NCBI RefSeq assembly: GCF_009914755.1
Contig: NC_060935.1
Reading direction: 5' to 3' (one strand)
Source: the human T2T-CHM13v2.0 reference genome, Homo sapiens
Length of the DNA: 64,000 bases
The notes beneath the pieces were generated by a model. That model was not told the DNA's origin. It did not search any database and was given only the letters and a program-made list of their open reading frames with translations. The position numbers were made by a program, and so were the translations under genes. Shown in pieces: positions 1 to 14,006 of the stretch (position 1 is its first letter; the number at the start of each line of letters is the position of its first letter).

Positions 1-164
1 CTTAAAAACACTCAAGGATAATTCTAAACTCTTTAACTTGTTATGTAAGCATTGCCATAATCTCCCATCAACATGTTTTCCAGATTATTCTCCCAATCTA
101 TCGCTCATCTACTTCCTACCCCTCTTCCTTCCTCTCTTCTTTCCTCTATCCCTCCCTCCCTCTC

Positions 165-166
<2 letters not shown>

Positions 167-203
<37 letters not shown>
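167..203. repeat. (CA)n microsatellite next to a CT-rich tract
   Basis: About 18 AC units read directly. Confidence 0.95.
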
Positions 204-207
<4 letters not shown>

Positions 208-519
208 GTTGCTCCAGGATAATCTCTGAAACACATCATCATTACTGCCCTTGCTTCCCCTTGGTAATGATCTTCCCTCAGCTCAAATGGTAGCTGTGCA
301 TAAAGTATTCCCCAACTTCTTCCAGAGGAACCATTCATAGTTGCCTCAAAATTACACTGTACACTGCACAGCACGTGCTTTATACTGTACCACATCCATT
401 ATTAGTCTATACATCTCCTTCCAGAATCTCCCATCTACATTCCTCAGTCTGAGTTAGAAGTTGTTCTTGTGTGCTCCTGAAGCAACCTGAAATTAACTCG
501 TTTTGCTCTTATCACAATG

Positions 520-640
520 TACAGTAACTGTCTGTTTCTTATACTAGCCTGTGAATTCCATTAAGGCTGGATGTGTGTTTATTCACCATTATATTCCATG
601 TGCCTTGTACCATTAGGTGCTCAATAAATATTTGTTGAAT
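520..640 (+). mobile_element. L2 3' end fragment
   Basis: Ends in ggtgctcaataaatatttgttgaatg, the typical L2 terminus. Confidence 0.7.
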
Positions 641-995
641 GGCAAGCAGAAAAAATCAAAAATATATGTCCTAGTCTGCCTCATCTAGGAAAATGTTATG
701 TACATGTTAGCCATACTGTAAAAGCTTATGAAATATTTGGGTAAAAAGAAATTACAAGATAAGGGTAAGTTTACAAGTTTGTCTTCAGACTTTCTAGTGA
801 ATGTAGAAAGCAGCAATTAGACTCACTTCATTACTGAAAAAGCCCTCCTGCCAATACTATAGTCCTGCTACCAAACTGGGATGAAATCGTGTGGATACTT
901 GCCTATCTTCATCTATGGCCTTTATTTTCAGGAGCAGCACATGATCTCTTACAAAAATTCAATGCAGGTTTGTGGAACTTGGGAATGTGTCTTAC

Positions 996-1152
996 CTCTG
1001 GTTTTACAAACCATTTGCCTGCATTCAGAGTCGATAGGAAATCCCAGTTGAAGAAGGCAGGGTTCTCGCAGGCAGATTCTGGCTGAACTTCCCCAATATT
1101 GGTTGTTCTTTTCAGGTCAAAGTCATGCATGAGGAAAGGCACATGATCATAA
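996..1152 (-). CDS. GDPD4: GDPD4 exon 11 (157 nt): (S)[23 protein letters not shown]...[10 protein letters not shown]; GDPD catalytic domain
   Basis: Acceptor tgcctcag|T and donor GAG|gtaag; phase matches exon 10; contains the HD-x-x-L-x-RTT GDPD motif. Confidence 0.96.
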
Positions 1153-1574
1153 CTGAGGCAGAGGTAGAAAAGAAGGGCAGGGGTAGATAGGCTGAATTTA
1201 GCTACCTTGGTAGACAGGCTCCCCAGACAGTCCTTCAAGGTCACAAGTGTCACTAGGGCTCCTTACTCCCTCTCAAATCTTAGAAAAGGGCTACATATCA
1301 GTCATTTACACTTTGATGTCAATATTTTTCTGCTCTAGGGATCAATCTTTCATGATATATAATCACATTAGTGATCGTGAAAGACTAGCTTCTCTATTCA
1401 GGGGCTTTCTGGCATTAGGAAAACAGCAGGCACAGTAGTGGCCTGAAAATAAAGTGAATGGAGGTAGGGATGATGCAAGGTCCTCAGGTTCCAGGACCAT
1501 ACTAAGCAGGTGTCCACACAGTTTTCCTGTATTATTCTGATCCTTTCCCAGCTAGGCACTGCACTGAGTATTTC

Positions 1575-1941
<367 letters not shown>

Positions 1942-2049
1942 TAAGTTCCTTGTTCTTCTATCTGCAATTTGCTTTGGAGAATCTCTGATTTTATGAAACT
2001 ATCTCTCCCTTTCTCATTAAAATATCTATGAAGAGAACATCTATAATGA

Positions 2050-3640
2050 GGAAGATAAGGCTTAGAACTTACTCTTCTGCTATAAGCCACTAGAAAACTG
2101 GACAAAATAAAGGAAATAACTATTTTCAGTTAATGGACAAAAGGATGCACAATATTACTACAATCTCTGAGAAAAGCAAAAAAAAAAAAAAAATGACATA
2201 AGCAATTCCATCGCCCAGGCTTCTTTCCTGCAGGTGAATACTGAATTTCAGTACAGGGTGGGGGAACCTAAAAGGGACCTAGCTGTCTTGCTGAAATGAG
2301 AAGAAAGAGATTAGAGTAAGGGGGGAGCCAAGACAGCTAGAATTTATGGGCTAGAGTCCCATAAAGGATAGAGTTATGCAAAAACAAACACACAGTTCCA
2401 AGAAAATATGCAAAAGTCCATAAGTGTATGGCTAAATATCAATCTGTATGTGTACAGAGTAAAACTATGAAGCTTGGCAAGAACAACTTCTAAGAAAAGA
2501 AAATATTACCAGACAGTTCTAAGACAATCGGAGCTTGCACAGGGGTATGAATCATTCAAGTTCCATCCAGCGAGAGAGGAGAGTCTTCAGTAATTACATA
2601 GGCTTTCTTTAGAGACTCCAGAAGATCACACCTTAGAAAAGGGGATAATTGGCCAGGCGCGGTGGCTTACGCCTGTAATCCCAACACTTTGGTGGGCGGA
2701 TCATGAGGTCGAGATCAAGACCATCCTGGCCAACATAGTGAAACCCCGTCTCTACTAAAAATACAAAAATTAGCCAGGCATGGTGGTACACGCCTGTAGT
2801 CCCAGCTACTCAAGTGGCTGAGGCAGGAGAATGCTTGAACCTGGGAGGCGGAGGTTGCAGTTAGACAAAATCGCGCCATTGGACTCCAGCCTGGGCAACA
2901 AGAGTGAAACTCCATCTCAGAAAAAAAAATGGTCGGGGGAGGGGGGGGAATAATTTAGAACTACAATGGCCTTAGAGCCACTTTAGATCCTCTAAAAAAG
3001 AGCTTAAAAACAAGCTTCAAAAGAAAAGACCAAACTAGTCTGGAAGTAACAACTATCTGCTAGAAAATGACCAACCTTAAAGGATACAAGATATAGCACC
3101 CAACAATGTAAAACTACAAGTCCAGCATATAATCAAAACTTACTAGAGATATAAACAAGCAGGAAAATGTGACCATATGGAAGAGGAATTACTCAACAGG
3201 GACAAACTCAAAAGTGAAAGAGATGACAGAATTCATAGACAAGGGTGTTAAACAGTGTAGAACAAAATTATAAAGGTGTAAACAAGGTATGTAAAGGAAA
3301 ACATGAACATAATGAAGATACACATACAAGGTATAAAAAACGGAAATTTAGAGATAAGATATAATAACTGAAATGAAAATTTCATTGCATGAAATTTAAA
3401 ACAGATCAGATATTGCAGATCATGCAAAGAACAATGAATTTAAAGATGCAGCATTAGAATCTATCCAGATGAAAGCATAGAAAGAAGACTGAAACAAAAA
3501 AGAATGAGGCATCAGTGACCTGTAAGGCAATGATCAAGCAGTATTATATATATGTAAATGGAGTCCTAAAAAAGAAGGGAGGTGCAGAAAAAAACATTTC
3601 AAAAAGTAAAACTAAAAATTTTTTCAAAATCTGATGAAGA
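2050..3640 (+). mobile_element. Old L1M 5' end/ORF1 remnant (interrupted by Alu; continues at about 5540-6150)
   Basis: actagaaaactggacaaaat 5' motif and A-rich degenerate ORF1-like sequence. Confidence 0.65.
2651..2929 (+). mobile_element. AluS (Sc-like)
   Basis: ggccaggcgcggtggc start through to A-tail. Confidence 0.92.
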
Positions 3641-3649
3641 TTTGAACTG

Positions 3650-4486
<837 letters not shown>

Positions 4487-5490
4487 GTTAGGCATAATGG
4501 TTTAAGCTCTTTGGCCCAGGCAGTTCTGAATAATTAAATTGTATTAGATTTCCTTTTGGCAAAACAAGTGGTATCTGCGCAATAGCTAATACCACTTGTT
4601 GTGAATAGAAAAAATTTCCAAATAAGCTAAATAGTTATGAGAGGTGTGTACCACAGATTCCCCTTAAATGATCTCTTTAGCTGGCTTCCTAAGGGAATGG
4701 GAAACTGGTTTTAGTTCCCCTTACAAACTCTTATTATTGTCATCTTGCTCTTCTTTCTATTCACAACAGACAATGAGGACTAGTAACAAAAGAACTGACA
4801 CTTTTGTCATGCAGAATCAGAACCCTATACCTGGCCCTCAAGAACATTTACAGGCTACTACAAAGCAGTTTCATTCCTCAAATCCTAATTATGGTACCCT
4901 TGACCCCTGTCAGCAGGAAATCAGCCAAAGCAGTCATGGCCCAATTCCTCCTTAATGATCACACTTCAGGACTGAGGGATAAAGAAGATAAGGGGGTACT
5001 GAAGCCATCCTCACAGGGTTAACAAGAATTCTGGACAGAAATATAGCTCTAATTAAGTATTAATCAGGCTTCATTTTGAACCACTTCCTTGTAATGGAAA
5101 ATCATTTGACATTGACCATTTGCATCCCCAGTGTATCTATAGATAGGATTTCTGACATTAGAATCACAAGGCTTTTGTTTAAGAATTGCTTAAGATGTTT
5201 TTCAGATCCCATATTCCGGTAAAACAGCTGATATGAACCAGTTTGAGGACCCCCACAGAGGAACAGAATCAGCATGAGAATATAGTTTCTTCATCTCCCT
5301 GTCCCTTGACTTTACCCTGTACTCTTTGACCAATCAACGATCTGCACACTTCAGCCCACTCCAAAACCATTAAAAACTCTAGCCCCAAACTCCTCAGGGA
5401 GATGGATTTGAGGTTTCCTCCTATTTCCTCATTTGATGACTCTATCACTAAATCTTTCTCTGCTGCAAAAAAAAAAAAAAAAAAAAAAAA
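4487..5490 (+). mobile_element. MER4-group ERV1 3' internal fragment + LTR U3-R (5000-5466) + A24 tail
   Basis: Polypurine tract (aagggggtac), LTR start TGAAGCCATCCTCACAGGG, ACTAAA at 5447, then 24 A. Confidence 0.65.
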
Positions 5491-6159
5491 GGAGCTGGGG
5501 CTAGGGGTGGGCATATGTGGAGGAGAATACAGATAAGCATCCAGAAGATTTCTTATCAAAACATAAGACAGAAAACTAGGAAATAACAATTTTTACATGC
5601 TTGAAGAAAACAACTGTCAACTTAGAATTCTATATGCAGCAAAAATATTCTTCAAAAATGAAGGGAAAATTAAAATATTTCTTACAAACAAAAAGCAGAA
5701 TAATTCATTTCCAGCATACCTTTACTGTAAAAAAGATTAAAATAATTATTAGACAAAAAGGAAATTGATACAATTTGAAACTTGGATCTACACAAAAGAA
5801 TAGTGCCAGAAATGATAAATACGTGAGTAAATATAGAAACTTTTTTCTCATTTTTTAAAAACAGAATTAACTGTTTAAAGCAAAAAGTAATAGCAATGTA
5901 TAATGAGGTTCGTGATAGCACCAGGTCATACTATGAGAGAGATGAAATGTTAGTGTACTGATAAAAGACATATGCTTTACACAAAAATGTATAATACTCA
6001 AAGGGAGAAATAAGTTAAAGATCATATTGTAAACTCTAGCACAACGACTGAAAAAAAAGAAAAGAGGTATAGCTAATAATCCAACAGTAGAGATGAAGTT
6101 CTAAAAAATGCTCCATTAGTCCAAAAGGAGGCAGGAAAGGAGAAAACAACAAAATGATA

Positions 6160-6400
6160 GTGCACTTGCCATGGGTCTAAAATTTAAAGGGGTGCCAAAA
6201 ACTAATAAGCAAGATAAATACTATTTTAATACAATATTTAAAAGACAAAACCAATGCAAAAATCCACTATAAACAAAATATTAAATTTTAAATGAAGATA
6301 AGATAGTATTACTGATTTTTCCTTTTGTCTCAGGTTCTCATATGGCTTGGCATGACACATCTTCATTAAAATTTTTGACATTTTGTTCATCATGGATGCT
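6160..6400 (-). mobile_element. hAT-type non-autonomous DNA transposon remnant (MER96B-like)
   Basis: Resembles the recalled consensus; internal inverted repeat about 6262-6298 vs 6360-6397. Confidence 0.45.
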
Positions 6401-7368
6401 AAAGGGTAGGCAATACCAACAGAAACTAGTTATCACACACATACTTGTTATGTGTGACATTTACATTTATTTCCCTTAAAAAGTTAGGCGGAGACTGCAT
6501 TAGTAGAGAGGGAGTAAGAGCAATAGGCACAAACAAGCTTATTGGGATCTTTCAATCTAACTCAGCTTCCATGGACTTCCAGTGACTGTTGGCAAGATTT
6601 CTCCTATTGGTCCACACGAGGAGGTCAACATTTCTTCAGGATCTGTGTGTTTCTGCAATCCCCAGAAAACTTAATTCAGTGTTCTCCAGAGAGGTGTATG
6701 GCTGGCTGGGCTTTTATGCTAAAAATTTTATAAGAGGACTGGGAATAATAGCAGCCAAAAATTTTGCGTAGATCTTCTCAGAATCTCCCATAGGCTTTCA
6801 CTCAGATGCAAATAACTTGTTTACATTACTTGCTTTTTAGATTTAAAAAATGTCTCTGCCTTTTCAAATGTTTCTCAAAAATATATTCAAATGAAGGTTT
6901 TTTCATATAAACGTGTTTCACATTTAAGAACAACATAGCTGCAATTTTATAAAGTGGGATGAGCACTATCAAATTCACTTTGGGGTGAACTTGGGGTAGG
7001 GATCAAACATCCTTTACAACTATATTATCACAAACCTCAAAAATTCCAACACTTTAAAGGCAAGAAGGGAAGAAGGAGCCAGCAAAAGAAGTCACATAGG
7101 AAACAGCCAGGTAGGAAGAAAATCAGGAGAGTATGGTATTCTAATAGCCAAATAAAGAAAGTCTTTCAAAAATGAAGGACTTCTCAAATGCTGAGAGAGT
7201 AAGATGAAAATGAAAATTTACTATGATGTTTAAGAAGTTTGAGGTCCCTGATAACTTAGTAAGAGCTCTGAGAAGTGGTGTAGAAGAAGCCTGATTGGGA
7301 TAGGCTCAAAAAGGATTAAAAGTTATCCAAAACAAAGGGGAGAACTGAGAGAAGGCAAAGAAAGGCAA

Positions 7369-7905
7369 TGTTGGAGTTCAAGACACTCACCCTAAAATAT
7401 GACGGCAGGAGACCAGAATATGCCACCCCAATATATACCTCTTTGGCATATTGATTATTTTGAGCTGGTTATTTTGAGAAACTGCAGACACAGGAGAAGC
7501 TCTGAAAAGTTGCCCTTTTGTAAAGGAAATTTATATTTATAAAGGAAATTTTCATTAGTAAAAGTATCTGTACCAATAAGAGAGCTGCTCTGAAATCATT
7601 TTATTATCAACAGACTTATATCTGTATAATAAGACAACCTTTATTCACCACACATTTTCTTCCCTCTTCTTACCACAATTTGTCTCTGCCCCCGCACGCC
7701 CCTATTCCTTTCTATAGCTCAGGAAACTATACAAGCTTCAATCATCTGGCCTTTTCCTTGAGTTTCAAATTTTTGTGGGACTCCCATGTGCACATAGGTA
7801 ATTAAAATTATTTTTCTCCTGTTAATCTGTCTTATGTCAATTTAATTTGTAGACTAGCCAAAGAACCTAGAAGGGCAGACCAATAAAACCTTTTGATCCT
7901 CTAGA
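7369..7905 (+). mobile_element. MER34-family ERV1 solo LTR
   Basis: tgttggagttcaagacactcaccctaaaatatg start and gaatatgccacccc motif; U5-like end. Confidence 0.7.
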
Positions 7906-8079
7906 GCAGTACAGACCACTCTTTGGAGGAATGCTGCTTAAAAGAAAGTGAAGACATGGAGCATAAACTGGAGCAGTATATAGGGCCTAGAAAAGTTTTA
8001 AAATGTCAGAATGGATCATCTTCTGATTTTAGAATCACTTTATCTATATCTTTTCTTAAGAAAGCTAACGCAATTCTTT

Positions 8080-10420
8080 TCTTTAAATTCTATTTTGAGA
8101 GGATTGTAGATTCACATGGGTTTGTAAGAAATACAGAGAGATCCTATATACCCTTAGCCCATTTCCCCTAATAGTAACATCTTGCATAACTATACTATAC
8201 TATCACAACAAGGAAACTGACACTGATAAAATCTGTGACCTCATTCAGATTTCATTCGTTTTACATGAACTTATTTGTATATTTAGTTCTATATTTAGTT
8301 TACATGAACTTATTTGTATATTTTGTTAATTTTATCACATGTGCAGACATATCACCACCACCATAGTCAAGATACAGAAAAGTAAATATACAAGAAGAGT
8401 TTTGTGTTACCTTTTAAAGTGGGAGCCACTTCTCTGCCTCCTTCGCCCCTGGAAACCACTGATTTTTCTCCATCCCTTTAATTTTGTCATTTGAATGTGA
8501 TCTTCAAATGGAATCATACAGTATATAACCTTTTGAGACTGGCTTTATTCACTCAAAGTAACTCCCATGAGGTCCATCCAAATAGCAGCATGTTTCAATA
8601 GTTCATTCATTTTTATTGCTGGGTAATATTCCACAGTATGGATGAATACAGTTTATTTAATCATTAAACCTCTTAAAGGACATTTGGGTTGTTTCTAGAT
8701 TTGGGCTATTACAAATAAAACAGCTATGAAAATTAATGTGAAGTTTTTCTCTATATGAACATTGTCTTCTTTTCTGTGGAATAAATGCCCAGGAGTACAA
8801 TTTCTGGGGTGTATGGTAAGTATATAATGTGCCACATAATGACAATTCAGTCAACAACGGACCTCATATATGACAGTGGCCCCATAAGATTATAATGGAG
8901 CTGAAAATTTCCTATCACCTAGTGACTTCGTAGCCGTAATATTGTAGCACAATACATTACTCGTATGTTTATGGTGACACTTCTGTAAACAAACCTGTAC
9001 AGCCAATCATATAAAAGTATAGCACATACAACTACAGATAATACATAATACCTGAGGATGACAATAAACAACTGTTACTGGTTTATATATTTACTACACT
9101 ACACTTTTTATTGTTATTTTAGAGTATATACATTCTATTATATATTTAAAAAATTAAATGTAAAACAGCCTCAGGTAGTCCTTCAGGAGGTATTCTAGAA
9201 GGCATTGTTTTCATAGGAGATGACCGCTCCATGCATGTTATCCCTGCAGACACTGCAGTGGGACAAGATGTGAAGGTAGAAGACAGTGATATGAACGATC
9301 CTGACCCTGTGTAAGCCTAGGCTAATGTGTGTGCTTGTTTCTTAGTTTCTAACAAAAAAGTTAAAAAAAAATTAAAATAGAAAACAGCTTAGAGAATAAG
9401 GTTATAAAGAAAGAAAATATTTTTGTACAGCTGTACAATGTAGTTGTGCTTACACTAAGTGTTATCACAAGAGTCAAAAAGTTACAATAAGCTGGAGTTA
9501 ATTTATTATTGAAGAAAATTTTTTTATGAATTTGGTGCAATCTAAGTGAACAGTGTTTATAAAGTCTTCAGTAGTGTACATAATGTCCTAGGCCTTCCCA
9601 TTCACTTACCACTCACTCACTGACTCACCCAGAGCAACTTCCAGTCCTGCAAGCTCCATTCATGGTAAATGCCCTATACAGGTGTACCATGTTTTATCTT
9701 TTATATTGTTATTTTTACCGTACTTTTCCTATGTTTGGATATATTTAGATACAGAAATACCTACCATTGTTCTGCAATTGCCTACAGTATTCAGTACAGT
9801 AACATGCTGTACAGGCTTGCAGCCGAAGAGTAACAGGTCATACCATATAGCCCAGGTGTGTAGTAGGCTATGCCATCTAGGTTTGTGTAAGTTCACTCTA
9901 TGATATTCACACAGTGATAAAATTGCCTAACAACGCATTTCTCAGAACGTATGCTCATCATTAAGTGAGATATGACTGTATTTAGTTTTTTAAGTAACTG
10001 CCAGACTTACTTGGAGTGGCTATACAATTTTATGTTTCCACCAGGAACATATGAGTGACTCAATTTGTCTGCCAGCATTTACTGTTCTTGCTATTTTTTA
10101 ACTTAGCCATACCGATAGATGAGTAGTATTAGTTTTAATTTGCATTTTCCTAAAGGTTAATGCAGTTGAACATCTTCTCATGTACTTATTTGCTATCTGT
10201 ATATTCTCTTCAGTGACATATCTACACATGTATTTCGTCCATTTTCTAATTGGATTGTTTGGTTTGTATTTGTTTTTGTTTTCATTTTACTGTTGAGTTT
10301 TGAAAGTTTATATATCCTAGACACAAGTCTTTTGCCAGACATGTGTTTTACAAATATTGTCTCCCAGTCTGACACTTGTCTTTTCATTCTCCTCATAGGG
10401 TCTTAGAGCAAAAGCTTTTC
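8080..10420 (-). mobile_element. L1MC-type 3' region, split by Tigger3
   Basis: Antisense L1 3'UTR/ORF2-end motifs at 8080-8825 and 9980-10420. Confidence 0.75.
8826..9978. mobile_element. Tigger3 (Golem)-family TcMar DNA transposon
   Basis: Characteristic ends (gccacataatgac...; ...aacgcatttctcagaacgtat...atgactg|ta), TA flanks. Confidence 0.8.
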
Positions 10421-11069
10421 AGAATGAATTCCCTGGAATTTTCTCCTTCCCCCATCTCTGCTTGGTAAAATGGTATTTTTCCTTCGAGGCTCAACCCAAA
10501 CACAACTTTGAGCACACAAATTTTTTTTCTTTTTTTTCCCACACAACAGGAAGTGACCTTTTCCTCCACTGAGGTTCCATTACACTTATTTTTCTCTGGA
10601 AGGCTCTTGCCACAAATGGCCTTATTCTGTAGTTATCTGTAAACATCCCATGTCTCCTTCACTAGCTGGAACATCTTTTAGGTATGACTACATCTTATTC
10701 ATTTGCATTTCCCAAGCACTCAGAAGAAGGCCTGGAATACAGCAAATGCTCAAGGAATGTTAAATAAATTGCTAAGGTAGTACATAGAGTGAAGTGGTAA
10801 GCACGGTTTGCAATGGGGCCATATGTGAATCATGTGTGAAGACTATATCTAGTGTGTCTGATTTGTAACCCTGTCATTGAAAACATGGAGATGCAGAGGT
10901 GCGGTTTGTGAGATGTGGTTCATTTGTGTAGTACATGCATATATGCCATATGAACACAGGAACAACTCCCCAGGGCTTGCTGTCTCTACAACCTCAGGCC
11001 AGGCTGGTTCTCTTGCATGGCATTGAACTTATCCCCTCCTCCCCTCACCCCAGTTCCCTGCTTTCTTAC

Positions 11070-11152
11070 CTTAAGTGTATATCAGTCTCCAATCCATGGG
11101 CTCCATGTTCAACAGCTTTCTCAAAGGACATCATGGTATTCTCAGGCCCCAA
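11070..11152 (-). CDS. GDPD4: GDPD4 exon 10 (83 nt): [27 protein letters not shown](S)
   Basis: ttctacag|TTG ... TTAAG|gtaag; PENT and E-x-D metal-binding motifs. Confidence 0.96.
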
Positions 11153-11536
11153 CTGTAGAAGAAAAGGACATCAGGCCCTAAGCCTCAGAGTCTCTCCTCC
11201 CAGCATTCCTTTTGTGGTAGGGGTAGAGCCCAGTAGGATTTTGGGGAGCAGAGCTTGGCTCCCTGAGATCTCCTTTCAAAACCTGTATACCCTCCGTCCA
11301 AGCTGATTCTGGGACTCTGCTCATCTGAGACAATGTCACTGGGCACAGTAAAGAGAAATGGACTGGGAGTTAGGTGGCCTGGATTCAAGTCCAGCCTTTA
11401 CAATGAACTCTTTATTCTTGCCATCTTAATGCAATCACTTTTTCTCTCCAGGGGCTCCCATGGTTCTGTTTTCTTCTCTTGACCACATACCCCACACATA
11501 CTTATTTTCACCCATGTTCATCATGCTCAGACCTAC

Positions 11537-11682
11537 CATGGGTGCACCTCTATGTCCAAAGATGGTTGGCTTGGGCCCCAAATTCTCCTTCTCCTGAATG
11601 CAGGGAGAATAAATCCCCAGTGGCATCAAATAGAGACCTAAAAGGATAAGAAGAAAGGGTAATCCAACAGGCACTTGTAGAC
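11537..11682 (-). CDS. GDPD4: GDPD4 exon 9 (146 nt): (G)[48 protein letters not shown]
   Basis: tttttcag|GT ... ATG|gtaggt; TM helix followed by the GHRG catalytic His motif. Confidence 0.97.
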
Positions 11683-12084
11683 CTGAAAAATTTGAAAGGA
11701 AGGGGAAGTGGGGGAAAAAGAGATAAAGAGGGATGGAAAATCATCCCAAGCAAAGCAGCAGTCTGAGTAAACCCACAGTCCATGGGTTTCATTGACTGTG
11801 TACTGGCTAATTTACTTTCTATTTCTGTGACATTTCCACTTACTTCCAGGGATTTGGATATAAAAGTATAGAACTGTACAAATATAGGGCATTATTATTA
11901 AGGCAACTTTACTGGAACTGGAAATTGACAGAGGGCTCAACTGTACAGGGGACAGATGGGGAAGAAAAGGAAGGAGAAGGGATGTCAAGGAGCAGCTTCT
12001 CAGGAGGAGGAGGAGCTTGGCTGATTCTAAGAAAGCCCCAGAGCCTGTAAAGATCATCCTAAAACATCTGTATATTTAAGGCAG

Positions 12085-12290
12085 TACAGTATAGTGGAAA
12101 GGGCACTAATTGGCAGAAATCTGGGTTTAAAGCCAAGTTCTGCCACTTCCTAATTGTGTGACTAAGGACAACTTAACCTCTCTGAATCTTCATTTTCTTC
12201 TGTAAAATGGGGCTGTCCTGCTGCTTATATCAACCTTATAGGTTGTTATGACAGTGTTGACTCATAATAGTTACTCTATAAATATTAATC
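12085..12290 (+). mobile_element. MIR
   Basis: MIR core (ctgtgtgac...acttaacctctctgaatcttcattttc...tgtaaaatggg). Confidence 0.75.
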
Positions 12291-12495
12291 ATTTGCTTCC
12301 CCCTCTTTCCCTCCCTCCCTCTCCCTCTAGTACATACACACACATTCACATACAGAGCCTGTACACAATGCCTGCGATAACCAGCCATTCCCCAAGACTT
12401 ACTATTTTAGACCTCTGGGAATTTTACCCATTTGTACATTTTCAAGTTACCACCTTTGCTTTAGTGACTTTCAAATCTCAGTCTCCAGCTCTAAC

Positions 12496-12573
12496 CTCTT
12501 AACCTTGTGATTACATTACATTGCTTGAGTCTTTTTTTCTCAGAATGTGTCATCCTGTATCTTCTCATTCTAA
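12496..12573 (-). CDS. GDPD4: GDPD4 exon 8 (78 nt): (V)RMRRYRMTHSEKKRLKQCNVITRLR(G)
   Basis: attttag|TT ... AGAG|gttaga; phase 1-1, keeps the frame. Confidence 0.9.
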
Positions 12574-13049
12574 CTAAAATTTAGAAAGTGAAAAAGAAAA
12601 GAGTTCATTATTGTCCCCTTTAAGCCCTTGCCCCAGAAATACTTTCTAAAATTTACCCTCCACACACAAGCATATATATATAAACACACAATGGCAGCAC
12701 TATCTATGCAGTCTTTCTCTTGCCTGCATACCCCCACAGGTCAGAAAGCAAATACCTCTTACTTAAAAAGGAGGAAAAAGGAGACCCAGAGAGAAGAAGG
12801 TCCTATTGGTTTATCCATAGAGTGGTGAAAGATACTTCCATTCTCAAAACAGTTTAGTGTACAGATCCAGTTCTTTTGATTCCATTACACTGGGACAAAC
12901 AATGAAGAGGAAACCAGTGACAGAGACAGACATTTAACCTTCTGCTGTAAGTCCTCAGGTATGACATGGTCTCACAGGGGACTGCTTTGAGTTACTTGGA
13001 TGTAAGCAGAAATCTCTGGACCTAGTATTAGTTGAAACTACTAATATTT

Positions 13050-13356
<307 letters not shown>

Positions 13357-13742
13357 CTACTAATATTTGAATATAAATGGAAAGAACTGTGACTTGTACC
13401 AGCACTTTGGTCAAGTAAAATTAAAACAGCCTCTACTGCGTCACCCACCATCCATCTTCAGACAGTCAATGTATAATAATGTAGAGAAAGATCTTATTTT
13501 TCCAAAAAAAGAATCCCTCTTTAGAAGAAGGTCTGTTTGGCCACAGAAATACTATGACAGGCCATTGGCCACTATAACAGGGTAGTGAGTGAAAGCACAG
13601 GAGCATGCCTGAGTAACAAGCTAAATGAATTTCAACGAGGCATAGGGGTGGCTAGTTCCCAAGCTTCTGTTTTCCTGAGTGGAGTATGCAAGCTAAAGCC
13701 AGAGCTGAAGAAATAGGCAGGGTTCTGCCCTATGTGACATAC

Positions 13743-13836
13743 CTTCTCTTTCCAAACATGCCACGTAGAAGGCCACAGGCCAGAAAAGGATAACCATCAC
13801 AGTTATGCTGACCAGGTGCACGTAGGGAGCAAAGAT
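13743..13836 (-). CDS. GDPD4: GDPD4 exon 7 (94 nt): [31 protein letters not shown](V)
   Basis: ctcacag|ATC ... GAAG|gtatgt; hydrophobic TM segment. Confidence 0.95.
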
Positions 13837-13907
13837 CTGTGAGAAAGCCAAAAGTCAGGCTGGATACATCTAGACAGCTAGTGCTGGAGCTATAGGATGA
13901 TGCTTAC

Positions 13908-14006
13908 CTGCATTGACAGCCCAGCTACCAGCCACCTTTCTTTCCAGAATTTGCATATAATGAACATTAAAATGACACACAGAAGAATCACTAGCAGAAT
14001 CAGGAT
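13908..14006 (-). CDS. GDPD4: GDPD4 exon 6 (99 nt): [33 protein letters not shown]
   Basis: ccctag|ATC ... CAG|gtaagc; TM segment. Confidence 0.95.

Noticed and set aside
909-1253. 114-aa ORF as a stand-alone gene
   Set aside because: It is GDPD4 exon 11 plus intronic read-through; splice sites bound the homologous part.
6262-6397. Inverted repeat as a possible miRNA hairpin
   Set aside because: AT-rich, imperfect, and explained by a DNA-transposon remnant.
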